Of a DNA stretch of 49,024 nt, positions 17,102-26,028 are shown in pieces. The position numbers and the translations under genes were made by a program. The stretch's first letter is position 1, and each line of letters starts with the position of its first letter. Location: assembly GCA_964546995.1 (NCBI GenBank), contig CAZJKO010000003.1, positions 1 to 49,024 of the forward strand, given 5' to 3'. This DNA comes from an uncultured Muribaculaceae bacterium (lineage in GTDB: Bacteria; Bacillota_I; Bacilli_A; RF39; UBA660). The notes under the pieces are model-generated. The model was not told the DNA's origin. It saw only the letters and a list, made by a program, of their open reading frames with translations, and did no database searches.

Positions 17102-18787
17102 ATGTTTTTTAGTGATATTTTTCGGAGTCTATTTTTTCTTATAGATAAAGGAATTCATTGGTTAATTATACAACTTTATGAACTTTTTGAAAAAATCTCT
17201 TTAGTCGATATTTTTTCAAATGATGATCTTTCTATGTTTGCAAAACGTATTTATGCCTTTGTTGGTGTATTTATGTTGTTTCGAGTTACTATTTCATTGA
17301 TTACTTATTTGGTGAATCCAGATAAAATAAATGATCAAAAAGTTGGTATTGGTAAACTTGTTACAAATGTTGTTGTTGTTTTAGTTCTTATCTTATTTGT
17401 TCCGACTATTTTTAGTTGGACTATGAATCTACAACATTTGATTTTAGAAGATAATACTGTTGGAAAATTGATTTTGGGTATGAGCGATGGTGGTCTTGGG
17501 CAATGTAATGATTCGCCAGGAAACCTTATTTCTTGGACTATTGCTTCCACTTTTCTTCATCCGGCAGAAAATTCTTCTAATACTGCAGCTTATACTAAAG
17601 CCGAGGGTTTATGTGATATACAGGTGATGGATGAAGGGGAAGCATACAACGCCAAAACGGAAGATCGAACAGAATATATCTACGAATATCATCCTGTTCT
17701 TTCTACTGTTTTTGCAGGGTTTACTGCTTACTTATTGATTACTTTCTGTGTTCAAATTGCCGTTCGAACAGTAAAACTTGGATTTTTACAATTGATTGCA
17801 CCGATTCCAATTATGTCTTATGTCGATCCAAAGTCGAGTCAAAATGGTGCGTTTAGTAATTGGGTCAAGTTGTGTGTTAGTACTTATTTTTCTCTGTTTA
17901 TTCGGATTGCAACGTTGGATTTTGTTATTTTAATTGTTTCTAAGTTTTCATCTAATTTTATGGCTGATGACTCTATGGGATTTTTTGTTAAAGCGTTTGT
18001 TTTGTTAGGTGCACTTGTTTTCGCTCAACAAGCTCCTAAACTTCTTACTGATATGTTTGGTATGAAGGGTAGTGGTGATGATACTAGTAAAACAGTTAAG
18101 GGTATGCTTAAGTCTGCTTTAGGTCTTGGTGTTGCTGGTGCTGCCGTTACTGGTGCTATTGGTATGGGTATGATTGCTAATGGTGTAAGAGGATTTGGTG
18201 CTATTGGTGGAGCAGAAAAAGGCCTTGGTAATAAAATGAAGGCGTTTGGTTCAGGGCTTCTTAGTACGGTCGCAGGTGGAGTTAGTTCTGGTGCTAGAGT
18301 GTTATCTGGTTATGATAAAAAGGCAGGTCTTGGTGGTAATATGATGCGTGGTTTCCAAGGTGCTGTTGCAGCTCGTGATGTTCGTGGAGCGAGACGAGAT
18401 GCTGGAATTAGCTTTACTACTACTGTTTCTGATAATGTTAAGAATGCGTTTGGATTTAAACCTTCTACCATTCAAATGGAACGTGATTTAGATGCTGATA
18501 TTGCAAGGCATGAGCAGAATGCACAGTCTTACATTATGGCTGCAAACGATTATGCTTCGTCTCACGGTATGAATGAAGAACATATGAGTGAAGTTGTTGA
18601 TAATTTAAGTGCAATCCAAGATGGTACTTATGCATATAGAGGTGCTCTTACAGATGATCAGACTGCTTATGCTACATATTTGGGAAAGGCTGCTCAAGAA
18701 CAAAAAGCTGTTATCGATATTAAGAAGAGTGGTCGCAGTAGATACGTTAAAGCTCGTCAAGAGAGCTTTAAAGCTAAGAGAAAATAG
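17102..18787 (+). CDS. VirB6/TrbL-like polytopic T4SS channel protein with a Gly-rich C-terminal region
   Basis: 561 aa with at least six hydrophobic helices in the first ~330 aa. A Gly/Ala-rich stretch follows (GLGVAGAAVTGAIGMGMIANGVRGFGAIGGAEKGLG...), then a charged tail. The position between the pilin and VirB3/VirB4 is typical. Strong RBS GAAGGAGGA. Confidence 0.6.
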   Translation: MFFSDIFRSLFFLIDKGIHWLIIQLYELFEKISLVDIFSNDDLSMFAKRIYAFVGVFMLFRVTISLITYLVNPDKINDQKVGIGKLVTNVVVVLVLILFVPTIFSWTMNLQHLILEDNTVGKLILGMSDGGLGQCNDSPGNLISWTIASTFLHPAENSSNTAAYTKAEGLCDIQVMDEGEAYNAKTEDRTEYIYEYHPVLSTVFAGFTAYLLITFCVQIAVRTVKLGFLQLIAPIPIMSYVDPKSSQNGAFSNWVKLCVSTYFSLFIRIATLDFVILIVSKFSSNFMADDSMGFFVKAFVLLGALVFAQQAPKLLTDMFGMKGSGDDTSKTVKGMLKSALGLGVAGAAVTGAIGMGMIANGVRGFGAIGGAEKGLGNKMKAFGSGLLSTVAGGVSSGARVLSGYDKKAGLGGNMMRGFQGAVAARDVRGARRDAGISFTTTVSDNVKNAFGFKPSTIQMERDLDADIARHEQNAQSYIMAANDYASSHGMNEEHMSEVVDNLSAIQDGTYAYRGALTDDQTAYATYLGKAAQEQKAVIDIKKSGRSRYVKARQESFKAKRK

Positions 18788-18805
18788 AATGGGGTGTGAT
18801 ATATC

Positions 18806-19120
18806 GTGAATAATCAATATTTGATTCCTGCTAATACCAAGAAAGGGCGACTTATCTTTGGGTTCTTTCGACCGATTGATCTTACTATCTTTTTGATCGG
18901 AATCGTGGTTTCCTTTATTTTGGTGGCAATACTAGGAGCTGATAATACAACACTTGTTTTGATCATTTTGGCTCCTGCACTTATTTGTGCATTTTTGGTT
19001 ATGCCTGTACCGAATTATCATAATATGTTGGTTATTTTGACAGAAGCTTGGCAATTTATTACGACAAGACAAAAGTTTATATGGAAAGGTTGGTGTAGTT
19101 TACATGGCGAAGACGAATAG
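18806..19120 (+). CDS. PrgI/TcpE-type (VirB3-like) small T4SS membrane protein
   Basis: 104 aa with a GTG start. IPANTKKGRLIFGFFRPIDLTIFLIGIVVSFIL plus a second TM matches the PrgI-family layout. It overlaps the VirB4 N-terminal ORF by 17 nt. Confidence 0.6.
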   Translation: MNNQYLIPANTKKGRLIFGFFRPIDLTIFLIGIVVSFILVAILGADNTTLVLIILAPALICAFLVMPVPNYHNMLVILTEAWQFITTRQKFIWKGWCSLHGEDE

Positions 19121-19652
19121 ATCTAAGTATACGGAGGATTGGGTTCCTGTTCAATCCATTATTAATGGAATGATTTTATTACAAAATGGACAAAGGGTGA
19201 CAGGTGTAAAAATTGTTCCTCGTAATATTTTCATTTTAGATCAGGATGCTCAGACGAATGTGTTGATTCAATTAAAGAATTTTTACAATATGTTGGATTT
19301 TGAATTTTGGGTTGTGGTTGCAGATCGACCTGTCGATATTTCTGTTTATTTATCACAGCTTCAACTTCTTTACAATTCGACGCAGAGTCCTGTGATTCGT
19401 AAGATGATCAATGAAGATATTCAGAAAGGTAATACGTTTATGAATAATAGTATTGTGGATACAGAGTACTATATTCTATTTAAAGAGAAGAATATGGAGC
19501 TTATTCAAAAGAGAATTCGTCTTTTGATTAATGGGTTAGCAGGATGCGGGCTTAATTCTTCACAGACTAGTAATGATGATTTGAGAATTGTACTCGATAA
19601 CTTCTTAAATGGAGGACGGACGACAGAATTTGGAACGGTGGTGCCACAATGA
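19104..19652 (+). CDS. virB4: VirB4-type ATPase, N-terminal domain encoded as a separate ORF
   Basis: 182 aa. WVPVQSIINGMILLQNGQRVTGVKIVPRNIFILDQDAQTNVLIQLKNFYNMLDFEFWVVVADRPVDI follows the pattern of the N-terminal domain of Gram-positive VirB4 proteins (TcpF/PrgJ type). Its stop TGA (19650-19652) overlaps the next ATG (19649). Confidence 0.6.
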   Translation: MAKTNRSKYTEDWVPVQSIINGMILLQNGQRVTGVKIVPRNIFILDQDAQTNVLIQLKNFYNMLDFEFWVVVADRPVDISVYLSQLQLLYNSTQSPVIRKMINEDIQKGNTFMNNSIVDTEYYILFKEKNMELIQKRIRLLINGLAGCGLNSSQTSNDDLRIVLDNFLNGGRTTEFGTVVPQ

Positions 19653-21439
19653 GTTTAAAGTTTAAATCGCAGATTGCTCCTAAGGGATTGCAATTTAATG
19701 CAAGTGATTTCTTTATTAGTGATAAGTATGCAACGATTTTAAGTGTAATATCTTTTCCTAAGATGATTATGCCAGGGTACTTATCTAATTTGACGAGTAT
19801 GCCAGGTATCAAGATTGTCATTAAACACATTCCCGTTCCTTTTTCGACGATTTCTAAGATGTTGAATCGACAAGTTGCTGATTTACGTCAACGTTACCAA
19901 GAGGAAAGAGATCATACGTTACAAGAGAAGATTCGACAAGATGCTGAATCGCTTGAATACTTTACGTCGATGCTTGCTTCTAGTCAAGCACGTATCTTTG
20001 ACTTTCAAATGCACATTATGATTACGGCTGATTCGAAAGATGAACTAGAACTTAAGAAGACGAATGTAAAGAACTATCTCGATGCAATGGAATTAAAAGC
20101 TATAGCGCTTCGTTTTGAACAAGAGAAAGTACTAAAGAGTATTTTACCAATCTTTCCAAAGCAAGATGTGGAGGATCGAATTGGAACACCGATTCCTTCT
20201 GTTACGATTGCAGCCATGTATCCCTTTATTTTTGATAGTATTAAAGATCCAGGACTTTCTACTTTGTTAGGTGTCGATTTCTCTGGTGGTGTTATCCTCT
20301 TTAATCAGTTCTTATATCAAATTCGTAAAGAGAACAATCGTAATAATGCGAATCTCGTTATTCTTGGTACTTCAGGGTCTGGTAAGTCGACTGCTGCAAA
20401 ACTTATTTTGCGGGGACACATTCGTAATGGTTGTCAGATTGTGGCAATCGATCCTGAAAATGAATTATCTGAGATGACGAAGCTTTATGGGGGAGATACG
20501 ATCGACCTTGGTAAGGGTGGAGAATATGGTATGATCAACCCTCTTGAAGTAATTATCGATGCCGATGAAGATGAGATGAAGCAAGGACTTGGATATACCG
20601 TTCTTACTCGTACGTTACAATTTTTAAAGGCTTTTATGAAGTACTATGATCCATCGATCGAAGAAGATGTTCTTACGTTGTTTAGCGAAGTGGTTCAGGA
20701 TACATATAAGCGTTTTCAAATCGATTTTGATACGGATTTTACGAAGTTTACTTCGAAAGATTATCCAACGTTCAAAGATGTGTATGCGACAATTAAGGGG
20801 AAACTTATGGCTATGACAGAGCATACGCATGAAAGAGATATTATGGAACGTCTTGAATTAAAGGTTCGTCCTTTGACTAAGGAACTTAAATATTACTTTG
20901 ATGGTCATACGACGATTGCTTCCGATAGTGATTTTATCGTGTTTAATATCAAAGAGTTAATGAATGCCGATTTAAATATTCGTAATGCGTTGTTCTTTAA
21001 TGTATTAAAGTACGCTTGGGGACTTTGTTTGGATACGGGAGTCAATACGGCTTTGGTTGTCGATGAAGCCCATGTATTGTTGTCTGGTAACAATGCGCTC
21101 GGTGCGGATTTCTTGGCACAAGTACAACGTCGTGCTCGTAAATACAATACTGGTACAATCGTTATTACTCAACAACCTAGCGATTTCTGTGATCCACAGG
21201 TTATTACACAGGGAAAAGCGATTTTTGATAATGCATCGTACTATTTAGTTATGGGACTTCGTAAACAAGCAGTCGAAGATTTATCGTTACTAATCGACTT
21301 AAATGATAACGAAAAAGAAAGTATTAAGCGTTATTCACAAGGAGAAGCATTATTCGTCTGTGGTAGTAGACGTATGCGTATTAATGTGGTCGTTACTCCT
21401 GAAGAATTAGATTCCTTTGGTAGTGGAGGAGGATTCTAG
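19649..21439 (+). CDS. virB4: VirB4-type T4SS ATPase, central and C-terminal ATPase part
   Basis: 596 aa with Walker A LGTSGSGKSTAAK and Walker B ALVVDEAHVLL. The N-terminal IAPKGLQFNASDFFISDKYATILSVISFPK is typical of the VirB4 middle domain. It lies after the VirB3-like gene. Confidence 0.85.
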   Translation: MSLKFKSQIAPKGLQFNASDFFISDKYATILSVISFPKMIMPGYLSNLTSMPGIKIVIKHIPVPFSTISKMLNRQVADLRQRYQEERDHTLQEKIRQDAESLEYFTSMLASSQARIFDFQMHIMITADSKDELELKKTNVKNYLDAMELKAIALRFEQEKVLKSILPIFPKQDVEDRIGTPIPSVTIAAMYPFIFDSIKDPGLSTLLGVDFSGGVILFNQFLYQIRKENNRNNANLVILGTSGSGKSTAAKLILRGHIRNGCQIVAIDPENELSEMTKLYGGDTIDLGKGGEYGMINPLEVIIDADEDEMKQGLGYTVLTRTLQFLKAFMKYYDPSIEEDVLTLFSEVVQDTYKRFQIDFDTDFTKFTSKDYPTFKDVYATIKGKLMAMTEHTHERDIMERLELKVRPLTKELKYYFDGHTTIASDSDFIVFNIKELMNADLNIRNALFFNVLKYAWGLCLDTGVNTALVVDEAHVLLSGNNALGADFLAQVQRRARKYNTGTIVITQQPSDFCDPQVITQGKAIFDNASYYLVMGLRKQAVEDLSLLIDLNDNEKESIKRYSQGEALFVCGSRRMRINVVVTPEELDSFGSGGGF

Positions 21440-21466
21440 GAATCGAGACAGAAAAGAGGTGGTAGC

Positions 21467-23092
21467 ATGAAAATGAAGCTTATTAAAGAGATGTTAAAAG
21501 ATCCTAAGACTTTGATTAAGATTAAAGTTGGTGTAGCTTTAGGAGGACTTGCTACCATCTTGGTTCTTTTACTTGTCGTTGCTGCTGCTTTACTTTCACC
21601 AATTAGAGCAGGTGTAGAGGTATTCGAAAATGTTTCAAATGCGACTTCTGCGATTGCTCAGAAGCTTGGTAATTTCTTTACATTACGTGGATGGAAGACA
21701 GATAAGGAAGCAGAAGAACAGGATGAGAGAGATTTCTATAATGAACTTGAGAATGTAAGAGAAGAGTTTAGTCGGAAATATGGGGTAGAAATTGATACAG
21801 ATCTTATTTTAGCGACGATTTTTTATGGAGAAAGTATTAAGGATTATTTGGATATTTATGAGGTTTGTAATAATCCGAATAGTAATCCTCTTCAAGTTAT
21901 TAGGCCGAATCGAGATATCGACTGTTCTGAGTTTACTGCTGATCCTACAGCACTTCACGATTGGAAGACCGCGAAGAAACAAATTAAAGTTTTGGCTTCT
22001 TACCAGGTTGCAGATAATTATTATCAGTATGGTAAGACGGATGGTTGGGCATGTGACGATATGCCGACAGGAATCTATCTTGTTGGGCGTGACATTCCTG
22101 TTACACCAGGCTTTGATCATGAGTCACAGTATGCTTGGCAGGTAGCAAAAAATGATGGCGATTTTACTTTGTTTGGTATCACTTTCTTTACTTGGGAACA
22201 AAATATTCGCTACTATAGAATTTTTGTTCCTAAAAAAGAAGATGAATTCGGCAATATGGTTTGTCCTCCTTTGGATGAAGCTTTAGAAACTTTGGGACTT
22301 AAAAGTGAACATATTTATACTCTTGAAGTAGATGAAGGACATGAGCGAACCGAACCGACGGGTGTCTATTATTGGAATTTGGTCGATGAACCGAATACGG
22401 AGAGTGATACTAGACCTAGTTTTGTCGATGGTTGGTATGAAGATTATTTGAAGAGTGCTCCAGAAGGGGTTACTTTAGAAGAACGCAAGAAAGAGTTAAC
22501 GTTTAACATTTACGAATTTGTTCGTGCTGGACTTGCAGATCATTATGCTTATCGTAGTCCTTATTCTGGTGTTGGTGAAGAAAATTTTGGTGATATTGAT
22601 TTCATTTCTCGTAATGACAGTATAGAAGGATTAGATGATGCTTTTTATACGACGATGAGTAATCCTTTTTATGCATCTGGTATTTATGGGGGCTATAATC
22701 CATATCAGTGTACGACTTACGTTTATGGTCGTGTTTCTGAAGTGTTGGCAGAGAATGGTATATCCGGTAATTTAAATGTTTCAGGGCATGCTGGAAATTG
22801 GTATAGCAACAATTTAAATAAGGGTTCTAGTGGATATCCATCGTCTTCTAATGCAGGTGCACCAAAGGCGGGTTCAATCGCTGTTTTTGGCGGAGGTCCT
22901 GGTGGATATGGACATGTTGTGTTTGTGGAAAAAGTAAATCCTGATGGTACGATCGATATTTCGGAAGGTAATGTTCGTGGAACGAACAATAAATATGGGT
23001 ATCGTTATACAGCGGGAATTGATCCGAATAGTTCGCAATTTAAGAGTTTGTATGGTCTGAATTTTACAGGATATATTTATACATTCGATTAG
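21467..23092 (+). CDS. Membrane-anchored cell-wall hydrolase with a C-terminal CHAP domain (VirB1 functional analog)
   Basis: 541 aa with an N-terminal TM (VGVALGGLATILVLLLVVAAALL). The C-terminal CHAP motifs are NPYQCTTYVYGRV (Cys), GHVVFVEKV (His) and ISEGNV. The N-terminal ~380 aa is unassigned. Confidence 0.75.
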   Translation: MKMKLIKEMLKDPKTLIKIKVGVALGGLATILVLLLVVAAALLSPIRAGVEVFENVSNATSAIAQKLGNFFTLRGWKTDKEAEEQDERDFYNELENVREEFSRKYGVEIDTDLILATIFYGESIKDYLDIYEVCNNPNSNPLQVIRPNRDIDCSEFTADPTALHDWKTAKKQIKVLASYQVADNYYQYGKTDGWACDDMPTGIYLVGRDIPVTPGFDHESQYAWQVAKNDGDFTLFGITFFTWEQNIRYYRIFVPKKEDEFGNMVCPPLDEALETLGLKSEHIYTLEVDEGHERTEPTGVYYWNLVDEPNTESDTRPSFVDGWYEDYLKSAPEGVTLEERKKELTFNIYEFVRAGLADHYAYRSPYSGVGEENFGDIDFISRNDSIEGLDDAFYTTMSNPFYASGIYGGYNPYQCTTYVYGRVSEVLAENGISGNLNVSGHAGNWYSNNLNKGSSGYPSSSNAGAPKAGSIAVFGGGPGGYGHVVFVEKVNPDGTIDISEGNVRGTNNKYGYRYTAGIDPNSSQFKSLYGLNFTGYIYTFD

Positions 23093-23108
23093 TAAAGGAG
23101 AGGTTGAT

Positions 23109-23765
23109 GTGAAAAAAATTGGTTTACTTTTGATTCTCCTTTTCTTTGTGACTGGGTGTGGGATGCATTATGAAGTGGAGTTAAAAGATGGTGTTGTGAC
23201 GGAGAATTCCTACATTACGATTTTGAATCAAGATATTAAGGGTGGTAGCGTCTATAAGACGTTTGATGAAATGATTATGAAATATGATCCTATTCATGAT
23301 TTTTTACCTACTTATCATACAGAAGAGTTGATGGGGGATTCTTCATCGACATTAAAAATTATGGGAGAATATTATCCGAAAGATTATCAAAATTCTATAC
23401 CACTTGGGCTTTGTTATCGTAGCGCTCAAGCTTTGCAAGATGGAGATATTTTCGAGATTCGTACGGATCAGAGGTTTACTTGTTTTGATGATTATCGTGA
23501 ACTTGATTCTGTTAAGGTGACGTTTAAGACAGAATATAAAGTGTTACATCACAATGCAGATTCAACTAAGAATGGGGTTTATACTTGGAATATTACTTCT
23601 GATAATGCTTCTTATAAGCCGATTGAATTGAAAGTTGATACTTCGAAAAAAGAGGTAGTCAAAAATCCTTATTTGGGTTATTATATAGGTGGTTTGGTTC
23701 TTGTCGGTGCAGGAGTTTTGATTTTGTTTATTAAAAGAAAGCAAGAATCGATAAATCGTATTTAA
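23109..23765 (+). CDS. Lipoprotein with a C-terminal TM plus basic tail (sorting-signal-like)
   Basis: 218 aa with a GTG start and a lipobox LLFFVTG/C. The C-terminus reads VKNPYLG-YYIGGLVLVGAGVLILFI-KRKQESINRI. Confidence 0.65.
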   Translation: MKKIGLLLILLFFVTGCGMHYEVELKDGVVTENSYITILNQDIKGGSVYKTFDEMIMKYDPIHDFLPTYHTEELMGDSSSTLKIMGEYYPKDYQNSIPLGLCYRSAQALQDGDIFEIRTDQRFTCFDDYRELDSVKVTFKTEYKVLHHNADSTKNGVYTWNITSDNASYKPIELKVDTSKKEVVKNPYLGYYIGGLVLVGAGVLILFIKRKQESINRI

Positions 23766-23778
23766 GGGAGGAAGTTAT

Positions 23779-26004
23779 ATGAAATTTAAATTTAGAGCGG
23801 AACCTCAAGATATTCTTATTTTTATTCTGTTTGCTATCTTTCTTTTGTATGTAGTAGCGATTGGGGTTATCAATTTGTCAAGTTTTGCTCTCGATGGGGA
23901 ATTTGCGGGATTAAATCCTCTTCCTGCTTTTTCTTCTCGTTATTTAACAGCGACACTTACGTTTTACTTTCTTTTTCTAGCAGGGTTATTTATTGCGGTT
24001 AGTTCTTACTTTTTTGAAAGAGAAAAGGGTTTTGGTATTACGACAGATAAGAAGGATAAAGGTTACAGTCGTTGGGCTAAAGATAAGGAAATGCAAGCTC
24101 AACTTGAAGTGGTTTATCCTACTAATGAGACAGCAAATGCTGCAGGGGTTCCTTTGATTTTGAAGGAAAACGAAGTTTGGGTTGACAATGGAGAGTTTCA
24201 TACCCTTGTGATTGGTGCTACAGGTAGTGGTAAGACACAGACGGTGATTTTGCCTACGGTTAAGTTACTTTCTAAAGCAGGAGAGAGTATGATTATTACC
24301 GATCCTAAGGGTGAGATTTACGAAAAGACTTCTTCGATGTTAAGAGATAAGGGGTACAATATTTTGCTTCTTAACTTTCGTGATCCACAGCAAGGTAATG
24401 CGTGGAATCCTCTTACCCTTCCTTATCAGATGTATAAATCGGGTAATCAAGATAAAGCGATAGAACTTTTGGACGATTTGGCATTAAACATTTTGTATGA
24501 AGAGAACAATGGTAATGCTGATCCCTTTTGGGAGAAGACATCTGCCGATTATTTTTCGGGACTTGCTTTAGGATTGTTTGAAGATGCCAAAGAAGAAGAG
24601 ATCAATATCAATAGTATTAGTTTGATGACAACGGTAGGAGAAGAAAAATTTGGGGGAACTACTTATGTTAAAGAATATTTTAATGCTAAGGACCCTAATA
24701 GTGCTGCTGCGATTAATGCTTCGAGTACGATTCTTGCTCCTAATGAAACAAGGGGTAGTATTTTAGCTGTTTTTAAACAGAAGATTAAGCTTTTTGCTTC
24801 ACGTGAGAATTTATCTGAAATGCTTTCTTATAGCGATTTTGATTTTGAGAGTATTGGTGAAAAAAAGACGGCTGTTTTCATTATTGTGCAAGATGAGAAG
24901 AAGACGTATCATTCGTTGGTTACGATTTTCTTGAAACAGTGTTATGAAACTTTGATTCGAGTGGCACAAGAGCATGGTGGAAGTCTTCCGATTCGTACCA
25001 ATTTCTTACTCGATGAGTTTGCGAATATGCCACCATTAAAAGATGTTACGACAATGATCACTGCTGCACGATCTAGAAGAATTCGGTTTACGATGATTAT
25101 TCAAAACTTTGCTCAATTAAACCAGGTGTATGGAAAAGAAAATGCGGAAACGATTAAAGGTAACTGTGGTAATATTATCTATTTAATTAGTACAGAGCTT
25201 GCAGCTCTTGAAGAGATTAGTAAAATGTGTGGGGAAGTGAAGTCTAAAAAAGATGATAAGACGGCTTCGACACCTTTGGTTACGGTTAGTGATCTTCAAC
25301 GTATGAAACAGTTTGATACGATCATTTTAAGAATGAGAACACAACCGTTTCGGACGAAGATGACTCCCGATTTTAAGATGAATTGGGGAAAGAGTTACGA
25401 GCTTGGAACGTACCCACAACGTGAAAAACGTCCCGTTTCCATTTTTGATATTCGTGAATTTGTGAAAGAGAAGAAGCGACAGAAATTATTCGAAATGATG
25501 GATCAATCTTCTAGTGGTGGTGCTACTAATCATCTTCCACCATTTACACCACCGAATATGCTTCAACCGGAACAAAGACCAGTTTCGCCTATTCCAAATC
25601 AAATGCCTTTTGCTTCTTCTAATCCTTTCGATCTCGATGATATGGTTCGTAAGATCGATATGAAGATTGCAGAAATTGAAGCAGAAGAAAAAAGAAATAA
25701 GCAAGAACAGGAAGAAAAACGGAAAAGGGGAATCGATCCGTATCGCGATTTTTCTGATTCGAATGCTTCGGTTCGAGATTTACCTAAAAGAAGCGTTAAA
25801 GCGGAACCTCCTAAGAAGGAGCATCTTACGATTGAAAAGGTCGAGAAGCCTATTATTACGAATCCACCAAAGATGGAAGAAAAGGTTACGATTCATCATG
25901 AAAATTTACCGAAAGAGGAAGCGAAACCTGCTTCTAATCTGGTCTTATCTGATGAAGAAGAGGACGATACGTTCTTCGATGACTTTTTTGACGATGAAGA
26001 TTGA
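23779..26004 (+). CDS. virD4: VirD4/TraG-type type IV coupling protein
   Basis: 741 aa with two N-terminal TMs. Motifs: Walker A VIGATGSGKTQTV, TDPKGE, GNAWNPL, Walker B FLLDEFANMP, IIQNFAQL. A ~175-aa low-complexity Pro/Lys/Glu-rich tail ends in DEEEDDTFFDDFFDDED. Confidence 0.85.
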   Translation: MKFKFRAEPQDILIFILFAIFLLYVVAIGVINLSSFALDGEFAGLNPLPAFSSRYLTATLTFYFLFLAGLFIAVSSYFFEREKGFGITTDKKDKGYSRWAKDKEMQAQLEVVYPTNETANAAGVPLILKENEVWVDNGEFHTLVIGATGSGKTQTVILPTVKLLSKAGESMIITDPKGEIYEKTSSMLRDKGYNILLLNFRDPQQGNAWNPLTLPYQMYKSGNQDKAIELLDDLALNILYEENNGNADPFWEKTSADYFSGLALGLFEDAKEEEININSISLMTTVGEEKFGGTTYVKEYFNAKDPNSAAAINASSTILAPNETRGSILAVFKQKIKLFASRENLSEMLSYSDFDFESIGEKKTAVFIIVQDEKKTYHSLVTIFLKQCYETLIRVAQEHGGSLPIRTNFLLDEFANMPPLKDVTTMITAARSRRIRFTMIIQNFAQLNQVYGKENAETIKGNCGNIIYLISTELAALEEISKMCGEVKSKKDDKTASTPLVTVSDLQRMKQFDTIILRMRTQPFRTKMTPDFKMNWGKSYELGTYPQREKRPVSIFDIREFVKEKKRQKLFEMMDQSSSGGATNHLPPFTPPNMLQPEQRPVSPIPNQMPFASSNPFDLDDMVRKIDMKIAEIEAEEKRNKQEQEEKRKRGIDPYRDFSDSNASVRDLPKRSVKAEPPKKEHLTIEKVEKPIITNPPKMEEKVTIHHENLPKEEAKPASNLVLSDEEEDDTFFDDFFDDED

Positions 26005-26028
26005 TGCATCACCAAATGCATCTTTTTT
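26003..26028 (+). terminator. Rho-independent terminator ending the T4SS array
   Basis: GATGCAT-caccaa-ATGCATC (7-bp stem) is followed by TTTTTT. It overlaps the virD4 stop codon (26002-26004). Confidence 0.65.
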
